From: Candidatus Bipolaricaulia bacterium
Lineage (GTDB): Bacteria > Bipolaricaulota > Bipolaricaulia > RBG-16-55-9
Assembly (NCBI GenBank): GCA_042219045.1
Contig: JBDGQO010000010.1
Span: forward strand, 37,746 to 64,905
DNA: 27,160 bases
Direction of reading: 5' to 3'
Below the pieces are notes generated by a model, which did not search any database, was not told where the DNA came from, and worked only from the letters and a program-made list of their open reading frames with translations. Below are positions 1-8,677 of this stretch, in pieces; the first letter of the stretch is position 1, and each line of letters begins with the position of its first letter. The translations under genes and the position numbers were made by a program.

Positions 1-962
1 GCAACGCCCCAGAAGACCAGCGTGATTCGCCCCTCCGGCCACTCGGCGTCGGGCAGCAGAAAGGGGGTTTCGACGCCTTTGGCGCGCTCAAAATGATGGT
101 GGAGCGGACTGACTTTGAAGATCCGGTGCCCCGTCAGCTTGTAGTAGGGGACTTGGACCATCACCGACAGCGTTTCCAAGAGCGGTACCAGTGCGATCAG
201 CGGCAAGAGAAGCTCGGTGCGCGTAAGAACGGCCAGGGCGGCCAGCGCGCCACCGAGGCCCATCGCTCCGCAGTCCCCCAAGAACACTCGCGCTGGGTGG
301 ACGTTCCAGATGAGGAATCCCAGCAGCGCCGTGGCGAGCATCCCGGCCAGCATGACCAGACCGCTATCGACGGAAATCTGAGCGATGAGCCCGATGAAGG
401 CGGCCAGCGCGATAAGGCCGACGCCCCCGGCCAATCCGTCGAGGCCGTCGGTGATGTTGAGCGCATTGACCGTGCCGACCAGGACAAAGACGGCGATGAC
501 GCCAGCGAGCACAACGTCCGGCTGCCACGTGCCGCCGAACGGCACGATCAGCGCCCGATCCAGCCCGACGAACGCATGGGCGAGCCCGACCCATCCGACC
601 GCTAGGGCGATCTGGATCATCAGCTTGTAGCGGGCGGCGAGCCCCTTGGCGTGTCGCTGGGCGAGCTTGACGGCGTCGTCGATCATGCCGACCGCGCCGA
701 ACGCCAGGGCCGCTGCGATGAAGAGCATCCCGTGTGCCCCCAAGATCCCCATTTGACTCGCTAGAACCGCGCCGAATGCCAGCACGGCCAGGGGAATCAG
801 CCCGCCGCCGGTCGGCGTCCCTTCCTTGTGGGCATGGATGGTGGGGCCGAAGTCGCGGATCGGCTGACCCGTCTCGGAGCGCTGCATGCGCTCAATGAAC
901 CCGCGGGTGCCAGCTAGCGAGGCAACGAACGCCACGACCAAGGGAACCAGGAACGTCGACAT
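1..962 (-). CDS. mraY: phospho-N-acetylmuramoyl-pentapeptide transferase (3' end runs off the window)
   Basis: Not in the ORF track; translated by hand from the ATG at 962: MSTFLVPLVVAF...GQPIRDFGPTIHAHKEGTPTGGG...MIDD...NALNITDGLDGLA...WNVHPARVFLGDCG...SPLHHHFE. All MraY motifs are present and there is no stop before position 1. Confidence 0.95.
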   Translation of the reverse strand, partial: MSTFLVPLVVAFVASLAGTRGFIERMQRSETGQPIRDFGPTIHAHKEGTPTGGGLIPLAVLAFGAVLASQMGILGAHGMLFIAAALAFGAVGMIDDAVKLAQRHAKGLAARYKLMIQIALAVGWVGLAHAFVGLDRALIVPFGGTWQPDVVLAGVIAVFVLVGTVNALNITDGLDGLAGGVGLIALAAFIGLIAQISVDSGLVMLAGMLATALLGFLIWNVHPARVFLGDCGAMGLGGALAALAVLTRTELLLPLIALVPLLETLSVMVQVPYYKLTGHRIFKVSPLHHHFERAKGVETPFLLPDAEWPEGRITLVFWGV

Positions 963-969
963 GGCCCTC

Positions 970-975
970 AGCCTA
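970..975 (-). promoter_or_regulatory. putative -10 element (TAGGCT) 7 nt upstream of the mraY ATG, implying a leaderless mRNA
   Basis: TAGGCT-gagggcc-ATG on the minus strand mirrors the ispF arrangement. No clear -35. Confidence 0.45.
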
Positions 976-1013
976 GACGCTTGGTGCCAGCAACGCCAGG
1001 GCATTGATCCACC

Positions 1014-1042
1014 TTGCGCGAGACGGAGCGCGAGCTTAGGCT
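1014..1042 (+). promoter_or_regulatory. sigma70-type promoter of ispF (leaderless)
   Basis: TTGCGC-17 nt-TAGGCT, then 7 nt to ATG 1050; no Shine-Dalgarno. Confidence 0.6.
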
Positions 1043-1049
1043 CGTCCCT

Positions 1050-1550
1050 ATGCGCGTCGGCATCGGCGTCGATCAGCATCGCTTCACTCCCGACCGGTCG
1101 CTCGTACTGGGCGGCGTCGAGATTCCCCACGATCAGGGATTGGAAGGGCATTCGGACGCCGACGCGCTGACGCACGCGATCTGCGACGCGCTGCTCGGCG
1201 CGGCCGGACTGGGCGACATCGGCGAACACTTCCCGGCCACGGATGAGGCGTTTCGCGATATCTCAAGTCTGATCCTGCTGGCCCGCGTCAAGGAGATGAT
1301 CGCTGAGGCCGGATGGCGGGTCGAGAACGTCGATGCCGTCGTGGTGGCGGAGGCGCCGAAGCTGGCGTCCTATCTCGACGATATGATCCACGCGCTTGCC
1401 GCGACGCTGGAGATCGACGCGTCGCGCCTCAACCTGAAGGCGACTCGACCTGAAGGGCTCGGCGCGCTGGGGCGGCACGAGGGCGTCTACGCCCACGCCG
1501 TCGCCGGCCTCGTTCATCTTGTCGACGGCGACGCGCGTTCACTCGGCTGA
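1050..1550 (+). CDS. ispF: 2-C-methyl-D-erythritol 2,4-cyclodiphosphate synthase
   Basis: MRVGIGVDQH...GHSDADALTHAICDALLGAAGLGDIGEHFP...NLKAT. Start placed at the conserved MRVG. Confidence 0.96.
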   Translation: MRVGIGVDQHRFTPDRSLVLGGVEIPHDQGLEGHSDADALTHAICDALLGAAGLGDIGEHFPATDEAFRDISSLILLARVKEMIAEAGWRVENVDAVVVAEAPKLASYLDDMIHALAATLEIDASRLNLKATRPEGLGALGRHEGVYAHAVAGLVHLVDGDARSLG

Positions 1551-1886
1551 GTCCTCGTCCCCGCTGCGATAGAAGCGGACCTCGAGCGACTCGACGGTGG
1601 CCAGTCCCTCGTCAATGACGCCGTCGATGACGTCGAGGAAATGCTCGATCTTCTCGCCCGTGTCGATGATCTCCACCACGATGGGCAGATCCTCCGAGAG
1701 CCGCAGGATCTTCGAGGTGTGGATGCGGCTGTGGGCGCCGAAGCCTTCGACCCCGCGCAACACCGTGGCGCCCGCCAGCTCCTCCTCGCGCGCCCGGCGC
1801 ACGAGCCACTCCGACAACGGCATTCCTTCGTGGCGATCGCTCTCGCCGATGTAGATTCGCAGCCGCTTTCCGGACTCCGGCAGCAT
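1539..1886 (-). CDS. DUF190 (PII-like) protein
   Basis: MLPESGKRLRIYIGESDRHEG...GATVLRGVEGFG...LSEDLPIVVEIID; GGAGG RBS; usual partner directly downstream of crcB. Confidence 0.9.
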   Translation of the reverse strand: MLPESGKRLRIYIGESDRHEGMPLSEWLVRRAREEELAGATVLRGVEGFGAHSRIHTSKILRLSEDLPIVVEIIDTGEKIEHFLDVIDGVIDEGLATVESLEVRFYRSGDEDSAE

Positions 1887-1891
1887 GTCGA

Positions 1892-2275
1892 TCAACCTCC
1901 CGCGACCGCGTCGGCCAGGGCCATGCCGCCCCAGACGGCGCCGATCGCCAGAACGAGATGGGTGCCCAGGTTGACCCCGGCGCGCCAGAAGTCCCCGTCG
2001 CGCAGCAGCGCGACCGTCTCGTAGCCGAAGGTGGAGAACGTGGTGAACGCGCCGAGCAGGCCGATGAACACCAGCGCCCGAGTCTCCGGGGAGAACAGCC
2101 CGCGCTGCTCGCCCAATTGGGCCAGAAAGCCGATCATGACGCATCCGAGCCCGTTGACGACGACGGTCCCGTAGGGGAAGACGGGCTCGTTGAGCCAGCG
2201 ATAGACCAGCGTGTCGAGCCCGTAGCGGGCCCACGCGCCCAACACGCCGCCAAGTGCGACGAACCACCAACGCAC
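1892..2275 (-). CDS. crcB: fluoride efflux channel Fluc/CrcB
   Basis: GGVLGAWARY, PYGTVVVNGLG and GLLGAFTTFSTF motifs; 4 TM segments; GTG start with GGAGGG RBS. Confidence 0.96.
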   Translation of the reverse strand: MRWWFVALGGVLGAWARYGLDTLVYRWLNEPVFPYGTVVVNGLGCVMIGFLAQLGEQRGLFSPETRALVFIGLLGAFTTFSTFGYETVALLRDGDFWRAGVNLGTHLVLAIGAVWGGMALADAVAGG

Positions 2276-2305
2276 GGATGATCCCTCCGGGTGCTCAGAA
2301 TTCGG

Positions 2306-2362
2306 GAGGGGTCATCAGTCGCGCGGACGGTTCGGGAGCGTTCCCTGGCGGACCCCATCGCC
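2306..2362 (-). promoter_or_regulatory. fluoride (crcB-motif) riboswitch aptamer
   Basis: Minus strand reads GGCGAUGGGGUCCGCC-AGGGAACGCUCCCG-AACC-GUC-CGCGC-GAC-UGAUGACCCCUC. It has P1 (GGCG/CGCC), a pseudoknot (GGGGUC/GACCCC) and the conserved GAUG and UGAUG, and lies directly upstream of crcB. Confidence 0.93.
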
Positions 2363-2368
2363 GCTGCC

Positions 2369-2397
2369 ATGCTAGCGTATCCGTCCGTGCGCGCCAA
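2369..2397 (-). promoter_or_regulatory. sigma70-type promoter of the riboswitch-crcB operon
   Basis: TTGGCG-17-TAGCAT; the predicted +1 coincides with the 5' G of the aptamer. Confidence 0.65.
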
Positions 2398-2409
2398 ACC
2401 TCAGGCGGC

Positions 2410-2438
2410 TTGAGGTCGCCGGGGCCGGGGCCTACGAT
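2410..2438 (+). promoter_or_regulatory. sigma70-type promoter of the thioredoxin-family gene
   Basis: TTGAGG-17-TACGAT, with an AAGGAGG RBS downstream. Confidence 0.55.
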
Positions 2439-2473
2439 GAACGTGACTCACATCACCATAAAGGAGGACGTTC

Positions 2474-3004
2474 ATGGTCAATCTTGGCGCCCAAGCCCCG
2501 AGCTTCACGTTGAAGGGCGTTGACGGTAATCCGTACAGCTTGAACGACTTGAAGGGCGATCGCGGCGTTGTCGTCGTCTTCAGTTGCAATCACTGCCCCT
2601 ACGTCAAGGCCTATGAAGATCGCATGATTGAGTTGGCAAATGAATATCAATCACGGGGCATCCCGTTTGCGCTGATCAACGCCAACGATCCGGTCAACTA
2701 CCCCGACGACAACTTCGACGCGATGGCCCAGCGCGCCGACGAGAAAAGCTATCCGTTCCCTTATCTCCAAGACGACACCCAGGAGGTGGCGACGGCCTAC
2801 GGCGCCGAGCGGACCCCGGAAGTCTTCCTATTCGACGGCGACCTCAAGCTGCAATACCACGGGCGCATCGACGACAACTACGAGGACTCGAGCGCGGTGC
2901 AGCAGACATATCTCCAGGACGCGCTTGAGGCGGTGCTCAACGGCGACACGCCGCCGGTCCAGACGACCGATCCGGTCGGCTGCACCATCAAGTGGAAGGC
3001 CTGA
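2474..3004 (+). CDS. AhpC/TSA redoxin (peroxiredoxin-like thioredoxin-family) protein
   Basis: APSFTL, SCNHCPYV (CxxC), TPEVFLFD, YHGRIDD and GCTIKW; strong RBS. Confidence 0.92.
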   Translation: MVNLGAQAPSFTLKGVDGNPYSLNDLKGDRGVVVVFSCNHCPYVKAYEDRMIELANEYQSRGIPFALINANDPVNYPDDNFDAMAQRADEKSYPFPYLQDDTQEVATAYGAERTPEVFLFDGDLKLQYHGRIDDNYEDSSAVQQTYLQDALEAVLNGDTPPVQTTDPVGCTIKWKA

Positions 3005-3015
3005 AGCGATACGTT

Positions 3016-3037
3016 CCCTGGGCCGACCGGCCCAGGG
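3016..3037. terminator. GC-rich hairpin between convergent genes
   Basis: Perfect 10-bp inverted repeat CCCTGGGCCG-AC-CGGCCCAGGG; no U-tract. Confidence 0.45.
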
Positions 3038-3095
3038 CCAGGCGCAGCGGGCTCATGCCGAGCGAGATGCCCCGGCCGCGTCAGCGACGAGGTCG

Positions 3096-4124
3096 TCACC
3101 CGTGCCGCCAGGCGCTCATCAGCTGCCGCGCGAGCTTGCGCATGTCCTCGACCGAATCGGTCTCGTCGACGATCTCCGCGCCCAGCAGCGTCTCCAGCAC
3201 GTCCTCGAGCGTGACGATGCCTGCCGTGCCGCCGTGCTCGTCCACGACGAGAAACAGGTGCTCGCGGCGTCGGAGGAACGTCTCCAGCACCGTCGGGAGC
3301 TTCGCGGCCCATGGCACCGCGTGCACGGGCCGAGCCAACTCCCCGAGCCGCTTCCCGATCTGCCCTTCGGTTCGGGCCTCGAGCAAGTCGTGCCGGTGGA
3401 TCAACCCCTGGACCTCGTCCAGCGTCTCGTCCACGATCGGGATGCGAGCGAAACGCAGTTGCTCCCCCTCGGTCGCCTCCCTGACCGTCTGGTCTGCCCG
3501 GAGCGTAAAGACGACAGTGCGCGGCGTCATGACCTGCTCGACGCGGATCTCGCGCAGGGCGATGAGGTTGCGCATCACCTGGGCCTCGCTCTCGTTGATC
3601 GCTCCCTCTTCGTGGGCCAACCGGGCGAGGCTGCGCACCTCGTCGCGGTCGATCCGAGGCACCGACTGCTCCCTGCTCGAGAGGAACTTGGAGATGCCGT
3701 TGCACCCCGCCACGACGGGCCGGAGCAGGACCATGAGCCAGTGCACCGTCCACGCGGTGAACGCCGCCAGGCGCTTGGTGTGGACGGCCCCGAGCGTCTT
3801 GGGGATGATCTCGGAGAAGATGAGCACCAGCAGCGTCACCACGAAGCTGACCACGCCGACCCACGCCTCGCCCCACAGCACCGTCGCCTGGGCTCCCACG
3901 CCGGCGGCCCCCAGCGTGTGGGCGAAGGTGTTGAGCGTCAGGATTGCGGCCAACGGGCGGTCCACGTCGTCCTTCATCCGCTCGAGCCGCCTGCCCGCTC
4001 GGCTGCCCTGCTCGACCATCACCGCCACGTGCGAGCGCGGCACGCTCAACAGCGACGCCTCCAGCAGCGAGCAGAGGAACGAGACCCCCAGCGCCAGCAT
4101 CAAGTACAACAGCAGAAGTCCCAT
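3096..4124 (-). CDS. CNNM (DUF21) plus CBS-domain membrane protein (CorB/hemolysin-like)
   Basis: SFLCSLLEASLLS, AAILTLNTFAHTLGA, SEIIPKTLG, VMTPR and GIVTLEDVLETLLG. Start at 4124 is preferred (TACGAT lies 7 nt upstream); 4133 is the alternative. Confidence 0.9.
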   Translation of the reverse strand: MGLLLLYLMLALGVSFLCSLLEASLLSVPRSHVAVMVEQGSRAGRRLERMKDDVDRPLAAILTLNTFAHTLGAAGVGAQATVLWGEAWVGVVSFVVTLLVLIFSEIIPKTLGAVHTKRLAAFTAWTVHWLMVLLRPVVAGCNGISKFLSSREQSVPRIDRDEVRSLARLAHEEGAINESEAQVMRNLIALREIRVEQVMTPRTVVFTLRADQTVREATEGEQLRFARIPIVDETLDEVQGLIHRHDLLEARTEGQIGKRLGELARPVHAVPWAAKLPTVLETFLRRREHLFLVVDEHGGTAGIVTLEDVLETLLGAEIVDETDSVEDMRKLARQLMSAWRHG

Positions 4125-4191
4125 GACATCCATCGTAACTTAGATGCGAACGGGAGATCGAGCTACAAGGACGATTCAAGCGACGGACTCG

Positions 4192-4220
4192 GGCCGAGCG
4201 GCCGTCCAACCGGCTCGGCC
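4192..4220. terminator. hairpin downstream of the treT-like gene
   Basis: GGCCGAGC...GCTCGGCC 8-bp stem in the intergenic region. Confidence 0.35.
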
Positions 4221-4319
4221 TCCCTTACTGATCACCGCGAACGTCCGGTCAAGTCAGTTGCTGTCAGCGGGGGCCAACGTGGCGACCGTAGGTTGACTCG
4301 ACTTGTGCGGGGGTCTGAA

Positions 4320-5576
4320 TCAAGGCCGCGCGATGGAAGCGCTCGGGAAATTTTTCAGCCGATGCGTCGTCTCGAACGCGTTGAACAGGTCGAGGTATTG
4401 TTCGAGCAACCGGGTCATGAGGAAGTTGCCTCGGACGCTCTCTCGAGCCCGATAGCCCATCTGTTCCCGTAGGTCCGAGTCCTGGACGAGTTGCCCGATG
4501 CGGTGGGCAGCTTCGTCGACCGAGTCGACGAGGAAGCCGTTCTCCCCGTCCTCGATCTGATAGCGGATGCCCCCGACGTTGCCGCCGATGACCGGCTGCC
4601 CCTTCCACATTGCCTCGGTGACGGTCAACCCGAAGCCCTCGCTGAGCGACTTCTGCAGCACGACCGCCGCACGGCGCTGGAGGGCGTTGACGAGTGAGGT
4701 GTCCTCGCGGGAGAGGATGATGATCCGCTCGTCCCGCTCGCTCAACAGCGACTCGTAGACCTCTTCCCCTTCGGGATCATCGGTGGCGACGTTGCCCAAC
4801 AGCACTAGCGTGGCGTCGAAACCGTACGCCTCACGCGCTTTCTTGAACGCCTTAATGACGCCCAACGGATCCTTCCAGCGGTCAAAGCGTGAGATCTGGA
4901 CGACCAAGGGGAGATCGTCGGGAATGTCGTAGTGCTGGAGCCGCTCGTCGATCTCCGCGTCGCTCATGTCCTTGTTCTTGATGGAGAAGGGATCGATCGC
5001 CGGCATGAAAAAGACTTGCGGGGTGCGCAGTTCGCGTTGGTAGTCGGGGATGCTCAGAATGACGGCGTTGTACTGCTCGATGAAGTTGCTGAGATAGCTC
5101 CAGAGCTCGTCGTGGGGATTCGACAGGTCGATGTGGCAGCGCCAAATCCACGGCCCTTTGCGATTGTAATGGGTAATGAGCGGCAACGGCTGGGGATCGT
5201 GCACGACGACGATGTCGTGGTGGCTCAGGTGGTTGCGGATGGCGTTCTCGTGAATGATGCCCTCGTAGATCTCCAGCTTCATGTCGGTCATGTGGAGGTC
5301 GCCGCCCTGGAGCGCGTTGTGCATCTTCTTGGTGATGCCGAAAAAGTCTGGCGCGCCTTGGATGACGCGCCAGCCGGCTTTCAGTCCAATGCTGTTCATC
5401 AAGAGCGTCAGCGAGTCGAGCAGCTCGGCGACCCCGCCGCCGTAGTACGTGGAGTTGACGTGGGCGACGTGGAGCCCATTGAGGGCGTCGGCCTTGCGTT
5501 GCAGACGATCGATGGCTTCGGCGCCGATCAAGGCTTCGTAGTCTTCCACATGCATGAGGTGGCCATGGATGCTCAT
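4320..5576 (-). CDS. treT: GT4 glycosyltransferase, TreT-like trehalose synthase
   Basis: VNSTYYGGGVAE, VHDPQP, WRCHID, ISRFDRWKDP and QKSLSEGFGLTVTEA motifs; GAGGAGG RBS before ATG 5576. Confidence 0.85.
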   Translation of the reverse strand: MSIHGHLMHVEDYEALIGAEAIDRLQRKADALNGLHVAHVNSTYYGGGVAELLDSLTLLMNSIGLKAGWRVIQGAPDFFGITKKMHNALQGGDLHMTDMKLEIYEGIIHENAIRNHLSHHDIVVVHDPQPLPLITHYNRKGPWIWRCHIDLSNPHDELWSYLSNFIEQYNAVILSIPDYQRELRTPQVFFMPAIDPFSIKNKDMSDAEIDERLQHYDIPDDLPLVVQISRFDRWKDPLGVIKAFKKAREAYGFDATLVLLGNVATDDPEGEEVYESLLSERDERIIILSREDTSLVNALQRRAAVVLQKSLSEGFGLTVTEAMWKGQPVIGGNVGGIRYQIEDGENGFLVDSVDEAAHRIGQLVQDSDLREQMGYRARESVRGNFLMTRLLEQYLDLFNAFETTHRLKNFPSASIARP

Positions 5577-5595
5577 CGTCGAACCTCCTCCGGAA

Positions 5596-6594
5596 TTAAA
5601 CCGTGTTTTGGGGAGATCTTTGGGCGAATGCGGCAATGTTGTCGCGGGTGGTCTCCAGAATGCGCAGCACGGCTTCGCGCGTGTTGAACGCGCTGTGGGG
5701 CGTGATGAAGACGTTCCGCTGGCGCAACAGCACGTGGTCGGCCAACAGCGCCTCCATGTCATGCTGGCGTCGGAACTCCTTGCGCAAAAGCTCAGCTTCT
5801 TCGTGGATGGCCGGCTCTTCCGAGAGCACGTCCAGGCCCGCGGCCGCGATCCGGCCCTCCGCCAAGGCCTCCAGCAGCGCCGTCGTGTCGACGACGTTGC
5901 CGCGAGCGGTGTTGATCAATACGGCGCCGGGTTTCATGCGGGCGAACTCCTCGGACGAGATCAAGTGCCGCGTCTGCGGCGTCGCCGGCACATGGAGCGT
6001 GACGACGTCCGAGGTCGTAAGGACGTCGTCAAAGTCGGCGTATTGGAAGCCGAGCTCTCGGGCCAGCTCGTCGTTGGGGGCGACGTCGTACGCCAACACG
6101 TCCATGTCGAACCCGCGAGCGATGCGGACGACCTGCTGCCCGATCGCGCCGGTGCCGACGACCCCCAGCGTCTTCCCCAACAGATCAAATCCCCGCAACC
6201 CGCGCATGGAAAAGTCGCCCTTGCGGGTGCGGTCGATGGCCTCGACGAGGTTGTGGCTGATCGTCAATAGCAATCCGAAGACGTGCTCGGCGACCGTATG
6301 GTCGCCGTATGTCGGCACGTTGCAGACGGTGATCCCGTGCTCGCGGCAGTAGTCGAGATCGACATGATCGTATCCCGTGGAGCGCGTCGTGATCAGCTTC
6401 AGGTTCGGGAATTGCGCCAAGACATCGGCGCCTAGCCGAGAGTAGATGAACGTCGACACCACGTCGGCGTCGGTCTGGTCCCCAAGCGTGTCCGAGCGTA
6501 ACGGGGCTTCGACGAAAGCGAGCTCGTGTTCGCTCTGCAGGGATTCGAACGTCGTCTGCTCCCAGGGCTCAACTTCGTAAAGGACGACCTTCAA
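5596..6594 (-). CDS. D-isomer-specific 2-hydroxyacid dehydrogenase (D-lactate dehydrogenase-like)
   Basis: TRSTGYDHVD, GVVGTGAIG, INTARG, LDVLSEEP and TPHSAFNT; TTG start with GGAGGTGA RBS. Confidence 0.9.
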   Translation of the reverse strand: MKVVLYEVEPWEQTTFESLQSEHELAFVEAPLRSDTLGDQTDADVVSTFIYSRLGADVLAQFPNLKLITTRSTGYDHVDLDYCREHGITVCNVPTYGDHTVAEHVFGLLLTISHNLVEAIDRTRKGDFSMRGLRGFDLLGKTLGVVGTGAIGQQVVRIARGFDMDVLAYDVAPNDELARELGFQYADFDDVLTTSDVVTLHVPATPQTRHLISSEEFARMKPGAVLINTARGNVVDTTALLEALAEGRIAAAGLDVLSEEPAIHEEAELLRKEFRRQHDMEALLADHVLLRQRNVFITPHSAFNTREAVLRILETTRDNIAAFAQRSPQNTV

Positions 6595-6912
6595 CGCGGG
6601 TCACCTCCGTGCTCTCTGACGGGCCAAGTGCTCGCTTATCCCGTCGGTCAGATAGCGGGAGCGTTCGACCTCTGTCGACAAGTCTCCCCGAGTTCATTCG
6701 GCGTCATCATCGCCCCGATCGATGGGTAGCTGACTTCCCTATTGAAGCAGCTCGGGCACGCTCTCATCAACTTCGGTTCGGCCGAATCGCGGTCGGGCGG
6801 CAGGGATCGCTCGCGTTCAGGGCTGTCCCCAGGATCGCGGACGCGCCCATGCTAGGATGGGAGACAAGGCCACGAACCGGTAACGTTCACACGATGAGAG
6901 AGGAGGCATGCC

Positions 6913-7467
6913 ATGACGCGCATCTTAACGGCCGTCAACGAGGACCCGCTCCGGCTGAAGGTCATTCGCACGGCAGGCGAATGGGCCCGGCGGTTGGATG
7001 CGGAAGTCACCGTCTGCCATGTTTTGCCCAAGGGGCGATACGAGAGACTGCGCGACGAGCTGCGGCGTCAACAGCAGGAACACATGGTGACCATGCCGCA
7101 GGACATCATCTCGGATGCCTACTACGAGGAGGTCTATCGTCGTTGGAACCTCCCCGAGCGCCAGTTCGGCGAGGAGGAAGGGCACTCCTTGGCCCATCAC
7201 GTCGCGCGCGACATTGCCTCGCACCTAGCCGAGTACGGCGTCGAGCACGAGTCCCGCGGCTGGGTCGGCGAACCGGCGCGCGGCATCGTGGGGTTGGCTG
7301 ACGAGATCGAGGTTGATTTGATCGTCATCGGCTTTGAGGGGCTGCACGGCCTGGGACGTGTGGCCGCCCTCGGCAGCGTGTCCCGCGAGGTCTTGGAGCG
7401 GGCGACGCGGCAGGTGCTCGTCGTGCCGACGCTGCACGAGGACGCCGATGCCAGTCGGGAAACCTGA
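6913..7467 (+). CDS. universal stress protein
   Basis: RILTAV, VTVCHV, DLIVIGFEG...LGSVSREVL...VLVVP; AGGAGG RBS; extended -10 TGcTAGGAT at 6850-6858. Confidence 0.88.
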   Translation: MTRILTAVNEDPLRLKVIRTAGEWARRLDAEVTVCHVLPKGRYERLRDELRRQQQEHMVTMPQDIISDAYYEEVYRRWNLPERQFGEEEGHSLAHHVARDIASHLAEYGVEHESRGWVGEPARGIVGLADEIEVDLIVIGFEGLHGLGRVAALGSVSREVLERATRQVLVVPTLHEDADASRET

Positions 7468-7472
7468 CGTCG

Positions 7473-8666
7473 TCAGTATGCAGGATCCGCTCGGCGCTCG
7501 TCGAGCACGGCGACGCCGGGCAGTTCGCTGCCCTCCAGCAACGTGAGGAACGCCCCGCCGCCCGTGGAGACGTGCGTGAGCTGATCGACGACGTCGGCCC
7601 GATAGATGGCCGCGCCGGACTCGCCGCCGCCCACGACGGTGATCGCGTTCAGTTCAGCCATCGTGCGGGCGATCGCGAACGTTCCCTCGGCGAAGGGCTC
7701 GAGTTCGAACACGCCCATCGGCCCGTTCCAGACGACGGTCATGGCATCGCGAAGGTAGCCATTGAACGTCGTGACCGTCTGCGGCCCAATGTCGAGAATG
7801 TGCCAGTCATCGGGAAGATCGTCGATGGCGACCGTGCGGCGGTCGGCGTTCGCGTCGACCTCAGGCGCGACGACGGCATCCGTGGGCAAGACGAGGTCCT
7901 CCCCGAGGTCATCGATGAGGCGCTCGGCCTCATTGAGCACGTCGTTCTCGACCATGGACGCGCCCACGTCCACGCCTTTGGCTTTCAGGAGCGTGTTGGC
8001 CATGCCTCCGCCCACCAGCATCGTGTCCGCTCGATCCTGGAGACGGTCGAGAACGCCCATTTTGTCGCTGATCTTGGCGCCACCGAGCACGGCCACCAGC
8101 GGGCGTTCCGGCTGCGCCGTGACTTGGGCGATGGCGTGCAGTTCCTCCTCCATCAGTCGGCCCATCACCGCCGTCTCGACGTGATGCGCGACGCCCTCGG
8201 TGGATGCGTCGGCGCGATGGGCCGCCCCGAACGCGTCGTTGACGTAGACGTCGGCCAATTTTGCCAATTGTTGGGCAAAATTGGCGTCGTTGCGTTTCTC
8301 CTCGGCATGGAAGCGCGTGTTTTCCAACAGCAGCACCTGGCCGGAACGCAGCCCCTCAACCTGGGTTTCCACGTCCGAGCCGACGCAGTCGTCGGCCGTC
8401 GCCACGTCCTGGCCGATCAGCTCGCTGAGGCGCTCGGCGGCAGGCCGGAGGCTCAGGGATGCGTCGCGTTGTCCCTTGGGGCGCCCGAGGTGCGAGCAGA
8501 GCACGACTCGGGCGCCGGCCTCAATCAGGTGCTGGATCGTCGGCAAGGCCGCCCGGATGCGGGTGTCGTCCGCGACGGCCCCATCCGAAAGCGGCACGTT
8601 GAAGTCCACACGGACCAGCACGCGTCGGTCACGGACGTCGATGTTGTCCAGCGTCTTTTTGGCCAT
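7473..8666 (-). CDS. pgk: phosphoglycerate kinase
   Basis: RVLVRVDFNVP, SHLGRPKG, LLENTRF, VNDAFGAAHRA, LGGAKISDK, WNGPMGVFE and HVSTGGGA. Confidence 0.97.
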   Translation of the reverse strand: MAKKTLDNIDVRDRRVLVRVDFNVPLSDGAVADDTRIRAALPTIQHLIEAGARVVLCSHLGRPKGQRDASLSLRPAAERLSELIGQDVATADDCVGSDVETQVEGLRSGQVLLLENTRFHAEEKRNDANFAQQLAKLADVYVNDAFGAAHRADASTEGVAHHVETAVMGRLMEEELHAIAQVTAQPERPLVAVLGGAKISDKMGVLDRLQDRADTMLVGGGMANTLLKAKGVDVGASMVENDVLNEAERLIDDLGEDLVLPTDAVVAPEVDANADRRTVAIDDLPDDWHILDIGPQTVTTFNGYLRDAMTVVWNGPMGVFELEPFAEGTFAIARTMAELNAITVVGGGESGAAIYRADVVDQLTHVSTGGGAFLTLLEGSELPGVAVLDERRADPAY

Positions 8667-8677
8667 GGGCGATCCGA

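Noticed and set aside
93..630. Plus-strand ORFs of 170 and 81 aa
   Set aside because: They are antisense shadows of mraY.
2878..4472. Long overlapping ORFs (443, 515 and 383 aa), and similar ones over pgk, gap, arcE, mutS2, tatC and glnA
   Set aside because: They are Arg/Pro-rich or antisense-frame shadows typical of high-GC DNA, with no motifs or RBS.
7464..7476. CTGACG-T-CGTCAG palindrome at the USP/pgk stops, and GCGTCAG-A-CTGACGC at 10896-10910
   Set aside because: Both are short, partly forced by stop codons, and have opposite half-site orientation, so they are likely chance.
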